From the NCBI RefSeq assembly GCF_009914755.1, contig NC_060947.1: 64,000 bases of DNA. One strand, written 5' to 3'. Shown piece by piece: positions 41,705 through 56,320 of the stretch. Under the pieces are notes generated by a model. That model saw nothing but the letters and a program-made list of their open reading frames with translations. It did no database searches and was not told the DNA's origin. This DNA is from the human T2T-CHM13v2.0 reference genome, Homo sapiens. The stretch's first letter is position 1; each line of letters opens with the position of its first letter. The position numbers and the translations under genes are program-made.

Positions 41705-42170
41705 GTCTTAGGTTGGGTTCTCAGGGAAGCAGATTCTGAGACAGAGTTAGAAGGCAGGATATTAATTAATGAGTTCTCTAGAGATGCATGCCTATGGAAG
41801 CAGGGTTGGCCAGAAGGAGAAGATGCACTGTGACACAGGCCCTGTGATTGCTCTGTCAACCTCACAGGAATCTCCAGAGTGAGACAGGCTTCCAGTGCAT
41901 CCGAGTTAGGCCAAAATGGCTAGACCTTTATACTCACCAGAGGTCACTCCCTTTCTCAGGGTAGCACCCATCTAATGACAGGGATCAGTCAATAGATGGG
42001 TGCTACCCTGAAAAGGGAAGTGACATTGGGTGAGATGACTCTCTGCAGCTGAGGCAATCTCTGAAGGGGCTGGTTGCTGAAGACCATATGTACATAACAC
42101 TCCCAGCAATGGAGCAACAAATCTTTCATTGAAAGGAGATCTGAGTGGCTTATCACATTGGCTACCACAC
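41705..42170 (-). mobile_element. LTR16-family ERVL LTR
   Basis: 'tgtcttaggttgggttctcagggaagcagattctgagac'; TATAAA on the minus strand at about 41927-41932; ends 'accaca'. Confidence 0.7.
41943..42024. repeat. Inverted repeat: 37-bp arms, 8-nt loop
   Basis: 41943-41979 matches the reverse complement of 41988-42024 at 33/37 positions, ungapped, with a 19-bp perfect core. Confidence 0.92.
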
Positions 42171-42632
42171 AACCCACTCTAAGTTAGCTTTTCAGAGCCA
42201 ACTATATATCGCTTGCAAAGGTTACCAATGAACCCCATATTAGAAAGTTTAACGGCCTCATCTTGATCCTCTTATGTGAATTTTCTGAGCTTTTGGTGAG
42301 TTCATCAACTATTCTAGCTTAACAACCTCCCTTGCTTCTGCTGTAGTTCACTTTCACCTTTCTAACAGCTCTTTAAAGTCATCTCTCCATCTTCCTCATT
42401 GAACCATCCAATTGTATGTGCCATTCCCTCTAACTCAATTCTGTCCAAGACCCTCTTCTCTTTTTTTCTCCATATTCTCTTTCTCCCTGATTGCTCTGTC
42501 TCATCTAGCTCCAAATGCCAATGATCAGGTGACTTGCATCGTTACAACGCTCTTCTGAGCTCTAGGTGTATTTCAAGCTGCCCACTAGATATTCACAAGA
42601 TAAATGTCCTGCCGTCTCAAACTCAACTTGTC

Positions 42633-44490
42633 TGTATTACTCAGCTTGAGCTACCATAAAAGAATACCACAGCCTGGGGGGCTTAAACAAAACAAATTTA
42701 TTTCCTCACAGTTTTGGAGGCTGGAAGTTCAAAATCAAAATGCTAGCAGGGTAGGTTACCTGGTGAGAGCTTTCTTCTTGGGCTGTGGATGGCCAACTTC
42801 TCCCTATGTCCTCACATGACCTTTTCTCTAAGCATGTGCAGAGAGAGAGAGAGAGATCTGCTGTCTCTTCTTATAAGGACACCAGTCATGTAGAATTATG
42901 GCCCTACCAAGATGATTTCATTTAACCTTAATTAACCCCCTAAAGGCCCTATCTTTAAATACAGTTGCATTGGGAGTTAGGGCTTCAACATATGAACTTT
43001 TGGGGCAGAGATTTTGTTCATAATATTCCACCACTGTCCTCACAGAATTAATTTCCTTCTGGCATGAAAAATAAACTCACCCCATTCCTCAAAACTCTTA
43101 GAAGTTTTAACTCATTCCAGCATCAATTCTAAGTCCAAAGCCTCATCTAAACATCACCTAAATCAGATACCGGTGACTCAAGGTATAATTTATTCTGAGG
43201 CAAAATTCTTCTCCAGCTATGAATCTGTGAAATCACGAAAGTCATGTGCTTCCAAAATATAATGGTGGGACATGCATAGAATAGACATTCCTATTCCAAA
43301 AGAGTGAAATCAGAGGGAAGAAAGGGATGATGGGTCTTAGGCAAGTCCCAAACCTAGCAAAACAAATTCCATTAGATCTTAAAGCTTGAGAATAATCCTC
43401 TTTGGATGCTCTTTCATGCCCACTGGGGTGGCAGCATCACTGATGGCCCTAGCCAGCAGATCTGACCCTTTGCTCTGTGTGGCGGCCCCACTCACATGGT
43501 ATTTTGCAGTGTTCCCACTCATGTAGCTCCTTGTGGAGGCGCTATCCCTGAGGCATTGGCCCACTGAAACCCAGAAGGTAGGCCCACCCTCTGAAACCGA
43601 GGAGGAGGAAACAGCCTTGCCCCCGGGCCTGTGGTGGGAGTAGCAGCCATGATTGTCTTCAAATTGCCTTCAAGGTTATTCTTTTTTTTTTTTTCTTGAA
43701 GGTTAAGGTATGCTTTCAGCTCAATAGCTGTATTGTCCAGTTGTAGAACTGCAGACGTCTGAAGATCTTCATTTATTTCATCTCATCTCTATTGTCTTCG
43801 GTTCAAACTGGTGATGTCTCTGCTACTATACTTCCATCTCTATTCTTGGTTTCTGCTGAAATGACTGACTAGTACCTTGTGTAATCTCCTTATGGAGTGA
43901 TTGTCCATCCATACCCTTGGTTTTCTCTCCAGAACATGCTTTCTTATTTTTTGTAATACACATAGATTTTTAACATCTATATTTCTGCTAACAGGAAATC
44001 TAGGATTTTTCTAGCCTGCACATCAAAACTTTTCCAGACTCTGCCAATCACCCAGCTGTAAAGCCACTTCTCCATTTTTACATATTTTTCACTAGCACCC
44101 CAAATTTTGGTACCAAAATCTGTATTAGTCTTCTAGGACTGTTGTAACAGAATACCACAGACTGGGTGGCTTAAACAATAGAAATGTATTTCCTCACAGT
44201 CTTGGGGACTAGAAATTCAAGATCAAGGTGACAGCATGGTTGGTGTCTGGTGAAGGCTCTCTCCTTGGATTGCAGACAGCTGCCTTCTCACTGTGTCCTC
44301 ACATAGCCTCTTTGTGCACACATGGAGAGAGAGATGGAGACAAAGAGAAAGGGAGATCTGGTGTCTCTTCTTCTTATAAGGACACCAAGCCTATCAGATT
44401 AGGTATCAATCCTTAAGACAATTTAACCTTAATTACCTCTCTGAGGGCTTCAGCATATGAATTTTGGGCAGTGCAATTCAGTCTATAACA
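42633..44490 (-). mobile_element. Complete MLT1A-like MaLR element (LTR-int-LTR) inserted into L2
   Basis: Two homologous LTRs (about 42633-43025 and 44121-44490); 'tggtaccaaaatc' at the internal junction; TSD ttgtc/ctgtc. Confidence 0.85.
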
Positions 44491-44654
44491 CTGTCCTAAA
44501 ATAACCTCTTCATCTTACATCTCATCACTGTCCCTCAAACTTGCCCTTCCTCCTCTTCTCTCTTTTCAATAAGTCACATCATCCAGTGGCTCAAGCCAGA
44601 AACTTGAGAGTCATCCTTGACTTACTCTTTTTCCTCACCTTCTACATCCAAGCT

Positions 44655-45200
44655 GTACTACTTATCTATTGCTGTGTATATCTCAAAATATAGCATCTGA
44701 AAACAATAAGCATTTATTATCTCACTCAGTTTCTGTGCGTGAGGAATTTAAGAACAGATTAGCTAGGTGGTTCTGACTTAGAATGTTTCATGAGGTGGCC
44801 ATCAAAATGTCAGCTAAGGATTCAGTCATCTGAAGGCTTGATTGGACCTGCAGGATCATCATTCAAAATTGCCCACTTAGCCATTAGCAGGGCCTTTAGT
44901 TCCTCATCAGCTATAGGTAAGATGTCTTAATTCCTCACTACATGGACCTCTCCATGGGGTTGCTTGAGTGACTTCATGACATGGCACCTAGCTTTCCCCA
45001 GAGTGGGTGATCCAAGAGGCAGCAAGGAGGAAGCTGCATGCCTCTTATGACCCAGTCTCAGAAGTTACACATCATCACTTCTACCACATTCTATTCAATA
45101 GAAATGAGTTATTGAGTACAGCCTACACTCAGAGGAGAATTAGGCTCTACCTCTTAAAAGGAATATCATATAATTTGTGGACATATGCTAAGTCCTCCCA
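44655..45200 (-). mobile_element. MLT1 (F/G/H-like) LTR
   Basis: Motifs 'catttattatctcactcagtttctgtg' and 'catcacttctaccacattctatt'. Confidence 0.7.
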
Positions 45201-45476
45201 AACATATCTTATATCCACTCCACTTCCATCAATTTTTGGACTGTTACACTGGCCTCCTAAATTGTCTCCTTGCTTTTAATATTTCTAAAACCCAGATACA
45301 ACCATGTAAACCTTAGTGGCTCTCTGGAGCAGCAGACTAATGCCCATATCTTTAGCATGGTGTTCAAGGCTTAAATTAAATTCTTAGCCTTGTTACCTTC
45401 CTCTAAACAATCCATGTGCTTCCATATCTCTGACTATGCCTTTGATCATCCGTTTGATCTCTCTGCCTGGAATTTC

Positions 45477-45769
45477 TGTAGTGCATTGTTCCAAATTATT
45501 CACCTTCCCTGTATCCTCATCCTTTGCCATGCGACTTTGCAGTTCCGCTAGAGGCAGAATATATTTCACCCTTCAACTTTGGGCTCAACTATATGTCTTA
45601 CTTTGACCAATAGGACGTTAGCAGATGTGATGCAAGCAAGGGCTTGAATGTGCTTGAATAGTTGGACATGTTCTCTTGCATTTCTGCCATGGCCGTGAGA
45701 AGAGTTTTCTTGGGGCAGCTGTTCTACAGCAAAATAAGTCCTCTTGGAACATGAGAAAAGTTGGCTGTA

Positions 45770-45821
<52 letters not shown>

Positions 45822-45990
45822 ACACACCCTGGAAGATTGAAGCCAAGCCCAGCAGAGCCCCGCTTAGATCAGTGGATCCCCAGACAACCCATAATTGTTC
45901 GTATGAGTAGGAATAAATTATTGTTTAAAGTCATTTAGTTTTGGAGTGGTTTGTTACATAGCATGATTGTGGCAATAGTTTACTAATCTG
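45477..45990 (+). mobile_element. MLT1 (H-like) LTR containing (CA)n at 45772-45827
   Basis: 'tactttgaccaataggacgttagcagatgtgatgcaagca' and 'ttttggagtggtttgttacatagca'. Confidence 0.7.
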
Positions 45991-47981
45991 TTCTTTCCTA
46001 CTTTCTTTGCTTGCCAAAATTCCACTTTTCCTTCAAACTTTAGCTTAGATGGCACCTCTTATGAAACCTTCTCCAGTCTTTACAGTGAAAATTAATTGTA
46101 TTAATTGCTTTCTCCCCTGTAATATCATGCTTTATGTGCATTTTGCTATATTAACTTTTTTTTTGCTTTGTACTTTACATTTCCTAAAGGATTTGTAAGC
46201 CTATTGAACACAGAGGTCAGATTTTGTCCTTATACTATTCTCTGAGCATTGGGCACATAGTAGGCACCCAGTAAGTGTTCAAGGACTAGGTGAATGACGA
46301 TGATAGGTAGATAATTGACTATTGGGAGGACACAAACCATAAGCATCATAAGTTTTCACAGAATCAATCACAATGGACCAGGATAATCCAGAGTTAGTCA
46401 GGTATTTAATTGCCTGATAGAATTTTAAAAAAATTTATTTTAATTATGAGTCACTGGTTTCAAAGAAGAGACACTCATCCAACCTAGCTCAAATAAAGGA
46501 GAACTTATTGAAAATAAATGACTCAGGAGATGATCATAGAACCCAAGGATAGTAAACAAAGTAAGCCAGGTCTTGAAGGGGCTGAAAAGCCATCAGGAAG
46601 TGATACTACACAGGGTCACACAGTCTGTCTTCCATGCCATCTCTGATCTAGTCTTTTCTCTTACTGCAGACGTGCTTTCTCAATTCACTCAACCTCTTGC
46701 CCATGAAGAATCACGACCACCCTCAAAAAACTTTTTCCCATAGCGAAATGGCACCATTTTTGGGGGCCTCAATTCCATATTCCTAAGAACAGGATTGGAT
46801 TGTTCCAGCTTGTGTTAGGTGGGTTCAATCAGCTCAGGGCAGAATGGAGGAGTTCACTTGGGCAGCTTAGTCTCATCTCTTCACCAACGACTATAGGTGG
46901 GAAGCAGTCTCAGAGAAAGAGTGTGTGTGGGGGCAGGGACCTAACAGCTTTTTGTTTTATGGGCATACTAGGTAGCCTTAAAGTCCAAGATCATGAGAAC
47001 TTGTATAGCCTGCAGAAAGAGAATCTTATTGGCCTGTGCCTATCACTCTTCCATGACACTCACAATAGACTGGTTTTGGAAAGAGCCTAGCACTGTGGCT
47101 AGGATATAACAAGCACTCAAATGTTAGTTATTGTATTTGTAGATGTTGAAAAAAGGCTGTATCATTGAATATTTTGGATCTGTAGCCACCCAGATATGGA
47201 GATTTTCCTACAGAATCTTCAGGCCTAAGAACTGAGGGTGGGACTGGGGCCTGAAAGGAAACATCAACCTCTTAAGGGCCTTTGTGAAATGATTGTCTTG
47301 TAGTTATCATTGTTTCAAATACCTAACCTTCTTTGCCAACTATTTAGAAGAAAATATATCTTCAAATGCCATTGCTATGAACATAGATGAAAAACCCAGG
47401 AATCAATTATGTAAATGAGGTTGTATACTGTGCACATTGCTTCTTAAGAGATGTTTCGGGCCAGCCCTTTCCTGGGGTGATCACAGTGGATCTCAGCTCT
47501 CCACTGGCTGATGGGAAGCAGAAGGATGGCTATGCAGTTGCTCAGGAGTTATGCTGTTGAGCCATGATGATGTTTGACATAAGAGGAAGAAAATATTCCA
47601 GAGATGAGAGCCTTCAGGTGATTACCTGAGGAAGGTGGCCCAACAAAGAACATGAAAGCCCATAATCAAAGCAATTAGAAATTTGAGAGCTTTTAAAGCA
47701 CCCCAAAGGCAAAAGGAATGTAGGTCTGGATAGAGGGGCAGCCTTTGTTACTTTAGCAAGGTGCTCTGGACCTAAAAAGACATTGTGTTGGGCTGGCACT
47801 CAACTGTATGCTGCATTAAAGCCAGCCTTGGGTATGTCAAGTTCACCATCATATTCTGAGCACCTGGCACACAGTACTGGTTAAAGACTAATTGAGTTAG
47901 GTAGCATTTATTCATTGATTTGTTTGTTCATTCATTCATTTCATCATTAATTTATTCATTCATTTGGGAATGCATACCTTA

Positions 47982-48197
47982 CAGGTTTTCTCAACCTTGG
48001 CACCATTGATATTTTGAGCCAGATTTTTTTTTTTGTTATGGGAAGTTGTCAGGTAAATTGTACAAAGTTGAGGGGATCCCAGCCTCTACCCACTAGATGC
48101 TAATAGCAGCTCCTCCCACTGTGACAACGAAAAATGTCTTCAGATATTGTCAAATGTGACCCTGGGCAACAAAATTGTCCCTGGCTGAAAACCACTT
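47982..48197. mobile_element. MER20
   Basis: Motif 'tttctcaaccttggcaccattgatattttg...ctctacccactagatgc'. Confidence 0.8.
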
Positions 48198-48907
48198 CTC
48201 CCAGAATCCAGGAGTTCCACTGAGTATCCCTGAGAATGGCAGTTTCTATCTAAAATCAAGAGATGTGCTTGGTACTCAGTTTCTGCATGGATAGAGTGAG
48301 CTGAGAAAAATAACTCAAGCTTGTACTGGGAGCGTTCAGTGTAACCGAGTAGAAATTGTCAAGAAAGGACCCAAAGCAGAGGTATTCAAATTTTTTTGAT
48401 CAAGTGCCCCTCTAAAGTAATTAAAAAAATCATTATACATTTTTAATTGATTTTAAATTTCATTGATTTAAAATATTTTTCTTCGTAAGTTTAAAGAGTT
48501 GTGAAGGATGTAATTTTCAAAATATCGTAAATATTGCCATTTTAAAATAAAACTTTTCCATATCTAAAGGAATCCAAACATACATATATAAGCTCTTTCT
48601 AAACAGCCAAAACTATTATGCTGTTCCTTTATCTCCTTAAATTCACATTCTACTTCTATAGGATTTTGCTGTAATGTATTTTTATGCTTGAAATTCTTAC
48701 TGATCACCCATAATACCACCTAGCAACAAAAATATGTATAGAAATCAAAATTTAACATTTTTAAAAGTAAGTATCCATAAAATTATTGGTGTCAAAATTT
48801 TATTTGAATTGGTTTTTATTAAAATTATTAGTACTACACAATTTATGAAAATATAAATATATTACAAATTTCGATAACTAACTATTACATTTTAAAAGAA
48901 AGACTTT

Positions 48908-49197
48908 TATTTTGAGACAGGATCTCACTCTGTCACCCAGGCCGGAGTGCAGTGGTGCAAGCACAGCTCTTTGTAGCCTTGACTTCCTGGGTTCAAGGAA
49001 TCCTCCCACCTCAGCCTCCCAAATAGCTGTAACCACAGGCATGCACCACCACACCCACATAATTTTGTTTATATTTTGTAGAGATGAGATCTTACTGTGT
49101 TGCCCAGGCTGGTCTCGAACTCCTGGTCTCAAGTGATCCTCCTGCCTCGGCCTCTCAACATACTGGGATTGAAGATGTGAGCCACTGCGCCTGACCC
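48908..49197 (-). mobile_element. AluJ
   Basis: Antisense Alu with J-type diagnostics. Confidence 0.9.
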
Positions 49198-49517
49198 CAA
49201 AGTAAGATTTTTGTTGGGAAAACATGCCAGTGAAATGGATAAGGCTTTTCTGCTCAGTTAGTCCATGTACCTGAGATAACTATTACTTACTGCTAGAATG
49301 ACACAAGATTCAACATTGATTTTATTTCTGTTTTTCATTTGTATAGATCCTAAATGCAAATAAATCTCATTCACATTAAATAAGTATATTGGACTGGAAG
49401 GAGGAGTAGAGCTTTGTTAGAGCAATGTCACTTGGTTTTTCAAAGCTCTTTTCATGTTGCATGCTCCCAAAATCACATAATTATTATCATTGAGAAATAT
49501 ATATATGTATGTTTTTT

Positions 49518-50440
<923 letters not shown>

Positions 50441-50843
50441 CATCAAAAATATTTGTAATGATCAATCAGGTCACAATAAATACAACTAGGCCCTTCTTCA
50501 ATTTTGTTAAAAGCAAAGAATTGGAAGCCACCTACTTGCATAGAAATTTGTTACCTGGTCTTAATTAGAGTCATCCACTTTTTTGACACTAGCACAGTAT
50601 TTCAAATTGCCTCTTTGTTTATTTTCCAAGAAGTGCTTACATTCCTGGGGGCAATGCGCTGTAGTGAGAGCCAGGGTGGGTGAGAGTTTGCCTCTCTTTA
50701 GTAAAGTGCAAGGAGATCAGTGGTGAAAGGAGAGGTAGAAAAGTAAAACTGGCTTGCTGCCTCCACCATGGATACTTTCTCAAGCAAATACATTTTAGGA
50801 AGAAGTACATATTAAAGTTTAGGATCTCCAACTTGATTCTAAG

Positions 50844-51109
50844 CTATGTTGGCCAGGCTGGTCTCAAACTTCTGACCTCAGGTGATTCGCTCGCCTTGGC
50901 CTCCCAAATTGCTGGGATTATAGGCATGAGCCTTCACGCCTGTAAAATACAAAAATTAGCCAGGCATGGTGGCACATGCCTGTAATCACAGCTACTGGTT
51001 GGGGGCGCCGAGGCATGAGAATCACCTGAGCCTGGGAGGCGGAGGTTGCAGTGAATTGAGAACGCGCCACTGCACTCCAGTGTGGGTGACAAAGAGAGAC
51101 TCCATCTCC

Positions 51110-51136
<27 letters not shown>
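50844..51136. mobile_element. Alu with an inverted left arm (minus, 50844-50942) joined to a forward linker, right arm and tail (50943-51136)
   Basis: Direct reading of the junction 'cacgcctg|taaaatacaaaaattagcc'. Confidence 0.85.
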
Positions 51137-51140
<4 letters not shown>

Positions 51141-51338
51141 TAACACGGGGTGTTAACTGAATCTGTCCCTCTTTTTCTGTGACCATAAGGCAAATGGGCA
51201 CACCTATTTCATGGGGAGTAATGATAAAAAAAGATTTTAAATCTATTGATGATGTGGATGTGTAAGGTTCTATAGTGTGCAGAGAGCAACAAAAAAGAAT
51301 CAAGCACATACCCTACTATCAAGAAGTGCCCAGTTGCC

Positions 51339-51566
51339 TTTTGGGAGGCAGAGGCAGGTGGATCACTTGAGGTCAGGAGTTTGAGATAAGCCTGGCCAAC
51401 ATGGTAAAACCCCGTCTCTACCAAAAACACAAAAATTAGTCGGGTGTGGTGGCATGCACCTGCAGTCCCAGCTACTGGGGAGGGTGAAGCAATTCTCATG
51501 CTGCAGTGAGCAGAGATCGCACCACTGCACTCCAGCCTGGGCGACAGAGTGAGACTCTGTCAAAAA
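51339..51566 (+). mobile_element. AluS, 5'-truncated, with an internal micro-inversion
   Basis: TSD aagaagt(g/a)cccagt at 51321-51334 and 51567-51580. Confidence 0.88.
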
Positions 51567-52015
51567 AAGAAGTACCCAGTCTAGCAGGAAAGAGATTAGT
51601 GTGAACAGAAATATCTAGATAAAGTGCCGTAAGATGGAGAAGTAAAGGAGTCTGGGAATTCACAGTAGGGAACTACTACCTTCAAGTCAGATTTGAAGGA
51701 AGGTGGACACTCTGTGGAGCCAATGTAATTTGAGCCAGGCCATGGAAGATAGGTAAGAGTTGACTATGTAGAACTAAGGTTAAGAATGGGGACAGAGAAT
51801 TCCAGGCTGAAGTGAAAATGAGCAAGAACAAAGCCACTAAAGCAGGAAATCATGAGCTGTATGAAGAGCCGATAAGAGATTCCACATGATTGGAGCACAC
51901 AGTGCATAAAAGGAGTAGGGGTCAAGAATGGGACCAGATGATTGTGGAAGGCCTTGAATAACAGGCTAAGAAATTTGAACTGTATTCTGTAATCAGTGGA
52001 CAACCATTGATATTT

Positions 52016-52325
52016 GTTGGGTTTTGTTTGTTTGTTTTGAGACAGGGTCTCACTCTGTCACTCAGGCTGGAGTGCAGCGCCACAATCATAGCTCACTGCA
52101 GCCTCAATCTCCTGGGCTCCAGCAATCCTGATGCCTCAGCCTCCTGAGTATTTGGGACTACAGGCATGCATCACCATGCCCAGCTAATTAAATTTTTTTT
52201 TTTTTTAGTAGAGACAGGGTCTTGCTTTGTTGCCCAGGCTGGTCTCGAACTCCTGAGCTCAAGTGATCCTCCCACCTTGGCCTCGTAAAGTGCTGGGTTT
52301 ACAGGCTTGAACAACCATGCCTGCC
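52016..52325 (-). mobile_element. AluJ
   Basis: TSD ccattgatattt at 52004-52015 and 52326-52337. Confidence 0.92.
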
Positions 52326-52767
52326 CCATTGATATTTAAACAAGAAGTGGAATGACCAGAGATGTGCTTCGGGAAGATTTATTTGAAAGGAATGTATAGG
52401 ATAAATGAGAGAGGATAGAGACTAATTATGAGGCCATTACAGTACTCAGTGGGAACAGAGAAGAGGGGATAAATGATGCAGGATTAGAATAGACAAGATA
52501 TAGTAATAACTGGATGTGACAGCTAGGGGGAAAAGAGGAATCAAATATAATAGTTTTAGGTTTTAGGTCTGGGTGATTGGGTAAGTAGTAATATCAAAAA
52601 TTGGGAATAGGGGAGGAGCAGGGTTTGATGAAGTTAGGAGAATGATTGGGGAAATATATGCTGCTTTTGAGGTCCCAGCACATCATCCTTTTAAGTGTTA
52701 AAGCAGTCAGAAAAACAGAAGTGGGGCTCAGAAGAGACACCAAAGTTGCAGATTAAGATTTCAGACT

Positions 52768-52886
52768 GGCCAGTCATGGTGGTTCATGCCTGTAATCCCA
52801 GCACGTTGGGAGGATGAAGCAGGAGAATTGCTTGGGGCCAGGAATTCGAGACCAGCCTGGGCAACATAGCAAGACTCTATCTCTAC

Positions 52887-52917
<31 letters not shown>

Positions 52918-53066
52918 ACATGGTGGCACATACCTATAGTACTAGCTATGGGGAAGCTGAGGTGGGAGGATCCCTTAAGCTTAGGAATTAGAGGCTGCAG
53001 TGAGCTAAGATTGCACCACTGTACTCCAGCCTGGATGACAGAACAAGACCCTGTCTAAAAAAAAAA
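52768..53066 (+). mobile_element. AluJ with an expanded central A tract
   Basis: TSD ttcagact on both sides; A26 linker at 52887-52912. Confidence 0.9.
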
Positions 53067-53239
53067 AATTCAGACTTAATTCCATAGAAATGATAACTGA
53101 ATGGATGTTATAAAGTGGCCCTTGACGGCCACTTGTATTTATTCCATGAGCCTACAGTTTTTCATTAGTGGGCCTACTTTGAGTTAGGCTGCAGATTCAG
53201 TAGGCAAAAGGGGGAAGAGGAGCAGAAATAGAGAAAAGA

Positions 53240-53606
<367 letters not shown>

Positions 53607-53729
53607 TCACAATGAAGACAGCATTTCAAGCTGGAGACAGTGTGTAGATGAGAGGCCCTAGAAAGTTCAGAAAGGATGAAATATACTAAAGTTCATTGGA
53701 CTTGGCAATGAAGCCTCAAGTGACCTGCA

Positions 53730-54336
53730 TGTGATAAACAGATTTATAACTAACATGGTCCCCAATGATACCCACCTCCAGGTATTCATGCCCTTGAGTC
53801 ACCCCCTCCTTTTTAGTGTGGGCTAGACTTAGTGACTAGCTTCTAACAAATAGAATACCTTCTAGTGAATAGATTACAGCAAAAGCGATGGGATATAATG
53901 TCTAAGGTTAAGTTTATTAGATGGTAACTTCCAGCTTACTCTCTCTTGCCTTCTTGCTTGCTTGCTCTGATAAATCCAGTTACCATGTTATAAGCCACTC
54001 TGTGGAAAGGTCCATGTGACAAGGAACTGGGGGAAGCTTCTGGCCAACAACCAGCAAGAAACTGAGGCCTTTGGTCCAACTGCCTATGAAGAATTGAATC
54101 CTGCCAACAACTACATGATTGAGCTTTGAAATGAATCCTTCCCTGGTCAAGCTTTGAGAGACTACAACCCCCGCCAACATCTTAAATTGCAGTCTGTAAG
54201 AGACCTTGAGCCAGAGGACCCAGGTATGCCACATCCAGCTTCCTGACTCATGGAAACTGTGAGATAACAATGTATGTTGTCTTCAGGCACTAAGTGTCAG
54301 GGTAATTTGTTATGCAACAATAGATAACTAACACAC
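53730..54336 (+). mobile_element. MLT1 (E/F-like) LTR
   Basis: Motif 'atggtccccaatgatacccacctcc...gtaatttgttatgcaacaatagataactaacaca'. Confidence 0.8.
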
Positions 54337-56069
54337 TGTATTTTGAGAAGAATGGCGAAGGCAGGAACCAAATCATAAGGGATTAGGGAGGAAGTATAAA
54401 GAAATGCAGGCAAGAAATAGAGACAATTCTTCCGAGACTTGTGATGGCAAACGGAAAGAAAAGAAAGCAATATCTACTATCCTAAGGTAATTTTCAGGTG
54501 GCTATAATAAAATATTATTTAGAGCTATAAAGATTACACAGACTTACTATAGCCTCGGGAGTCTTAAATATTCAGAAATTAGAGTCTTTATTGAGTTCTG
54601 CTGAGAATCTACCAAGTAACAATATCAAAATCCTTTAAACTCGGATATCAATGTATATCTGGTGACAGCCTCTCCTTATGCGTTATCCTATGAAATGCTC
54701 ACACCCTATGAAGTAGACATGACAGGCACTAAAGAATCAACATCCACTGGCACTACCATTCTTCTATCTTTGTAATTTGGTGAACTTGGTTCGGGAACAC
54801 AACTCTTACTGTTGGCACAATAACACCTAGTTAGACAGATGTTGCTATAAAGTAGAAGGCTGGTTACACATACCTTGCATGGTAAAGCTATGTGGAGTCT
54901 CTGTGGGGGTGCGTGGTTGTGGAGGGGGAAGTTGGTGTCCCAGTGCAGGATGAATGCTTCCTTACAAGCAAACTTATTGAGAGCTGCAGATTGTCATACT
55001 CATGAGAGTTAAGCTTTGCTTGATTATACAATTCACCCCCGTCTGCCAGCACAGAGTCCCCAGCTGTTGCTCTTAGCAAAGGACTGACATTAACTGACAC
55101 TTTATCATTTTTATGGGCAGAACACTCGATACCAGTGATACCTCTGCCAGCTTTGGAAAGAAAACTCTCCCAAGATCTTTGCATTTGAGTGACATCTGCA
55201 AAGGGCTACAATGGAGCTTACCCATTTGTGGGTGCACTTCAGCATGTGCCTTCCAAGCTTGACTTTCAGAGTCTGCCTAATTGTCCCAGTCAATTACTCG
55301 GGATGTAATTCCTCAGGCAACCAAGTGTTCCGGAAAAGCTGTGCAGAAGCTGCCAGTCAGCTCATCCATTCTGACCCTTCCTGCTGTGCTTCAGATGGTG
55401 ACCTCCAATCTGACTCAACTTGAGAGGGCAAAAATCAAAACTTGGGGCTTTGTCCAATGGTTTCCAAAGGCTCCCACCAAACTCATGAGTGTGCTGGAAT
55501 TCACAGGGTCTTGGCCCAGTTGTGTCACCTTGGGAGTATATAAGCAAATAAAACAGGTGTTTCTTCATGCCATGCCATTACTGGTAAACATGTTTCTTTC
55601 TCCTAAAGGTCTTGATAGTGGTAACAAAAAAATTTTACCTTTAGTGCTTTTTTCATTCCTTTCATTTTGATTTTTTCATGGTTTTAAAAATGCTTTTCTC
55701 TACTCACTGGAAGGGTTTCTAAAATACTTCTTCCAAAGAGGTAAAAATGAGTTGATTATTCACCAAAACCTATTTGCACAGATGAGTTTTCACATTTGTA
55801 AGCAATAATGTCAACAAAAAATACTTGTCCCCCTCTGATTTGATCCCTAATATGTGACTGATAATTTACTTAAAAATAATTTCTAATTGGTAATGAGAGG
55901 CTCCCCCCCCCCAACCCCTGTCTATGCACTGTGAGAGAAAAATACAGTAAAGAGATCTGAGGTTTCATTTATAGGGTATTACTAATTAATCACTATTATT
56001 TTTGTTTGCATAAACAGTTCCTTCCATCATTCTGTTTTAATATTGAGGATTTCAATCGCTTATGTATTA

Positions 56070-56320
56070 TTTAGCAGACATTTATATAGCACATATTCTG
56101 TGCCAGTCACTGTTCTAAGCATTTTACAAAGTATTAACTCATCTACTCTTCCTAGTACACCCATAAGACAGGTACCATGATCATTTCCCCCATTTTAGAG
56201 ATGAAGAAACTGAGGCACAGAGAAGTTAAGAAACTTGTCCAAGGTTACACAGCTAGGAACAGTGAAGCTGGGATTTGTACCCAGGCAATCCATGCTCATG
56301 AGTACTATACTATGCTGTTT
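56070..56320 (-). mobile_element. MIR
   Basis: Motif 'cccattttagagatgaagaaactgaggcacagagaagttaag'. Confidence 0.8.
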
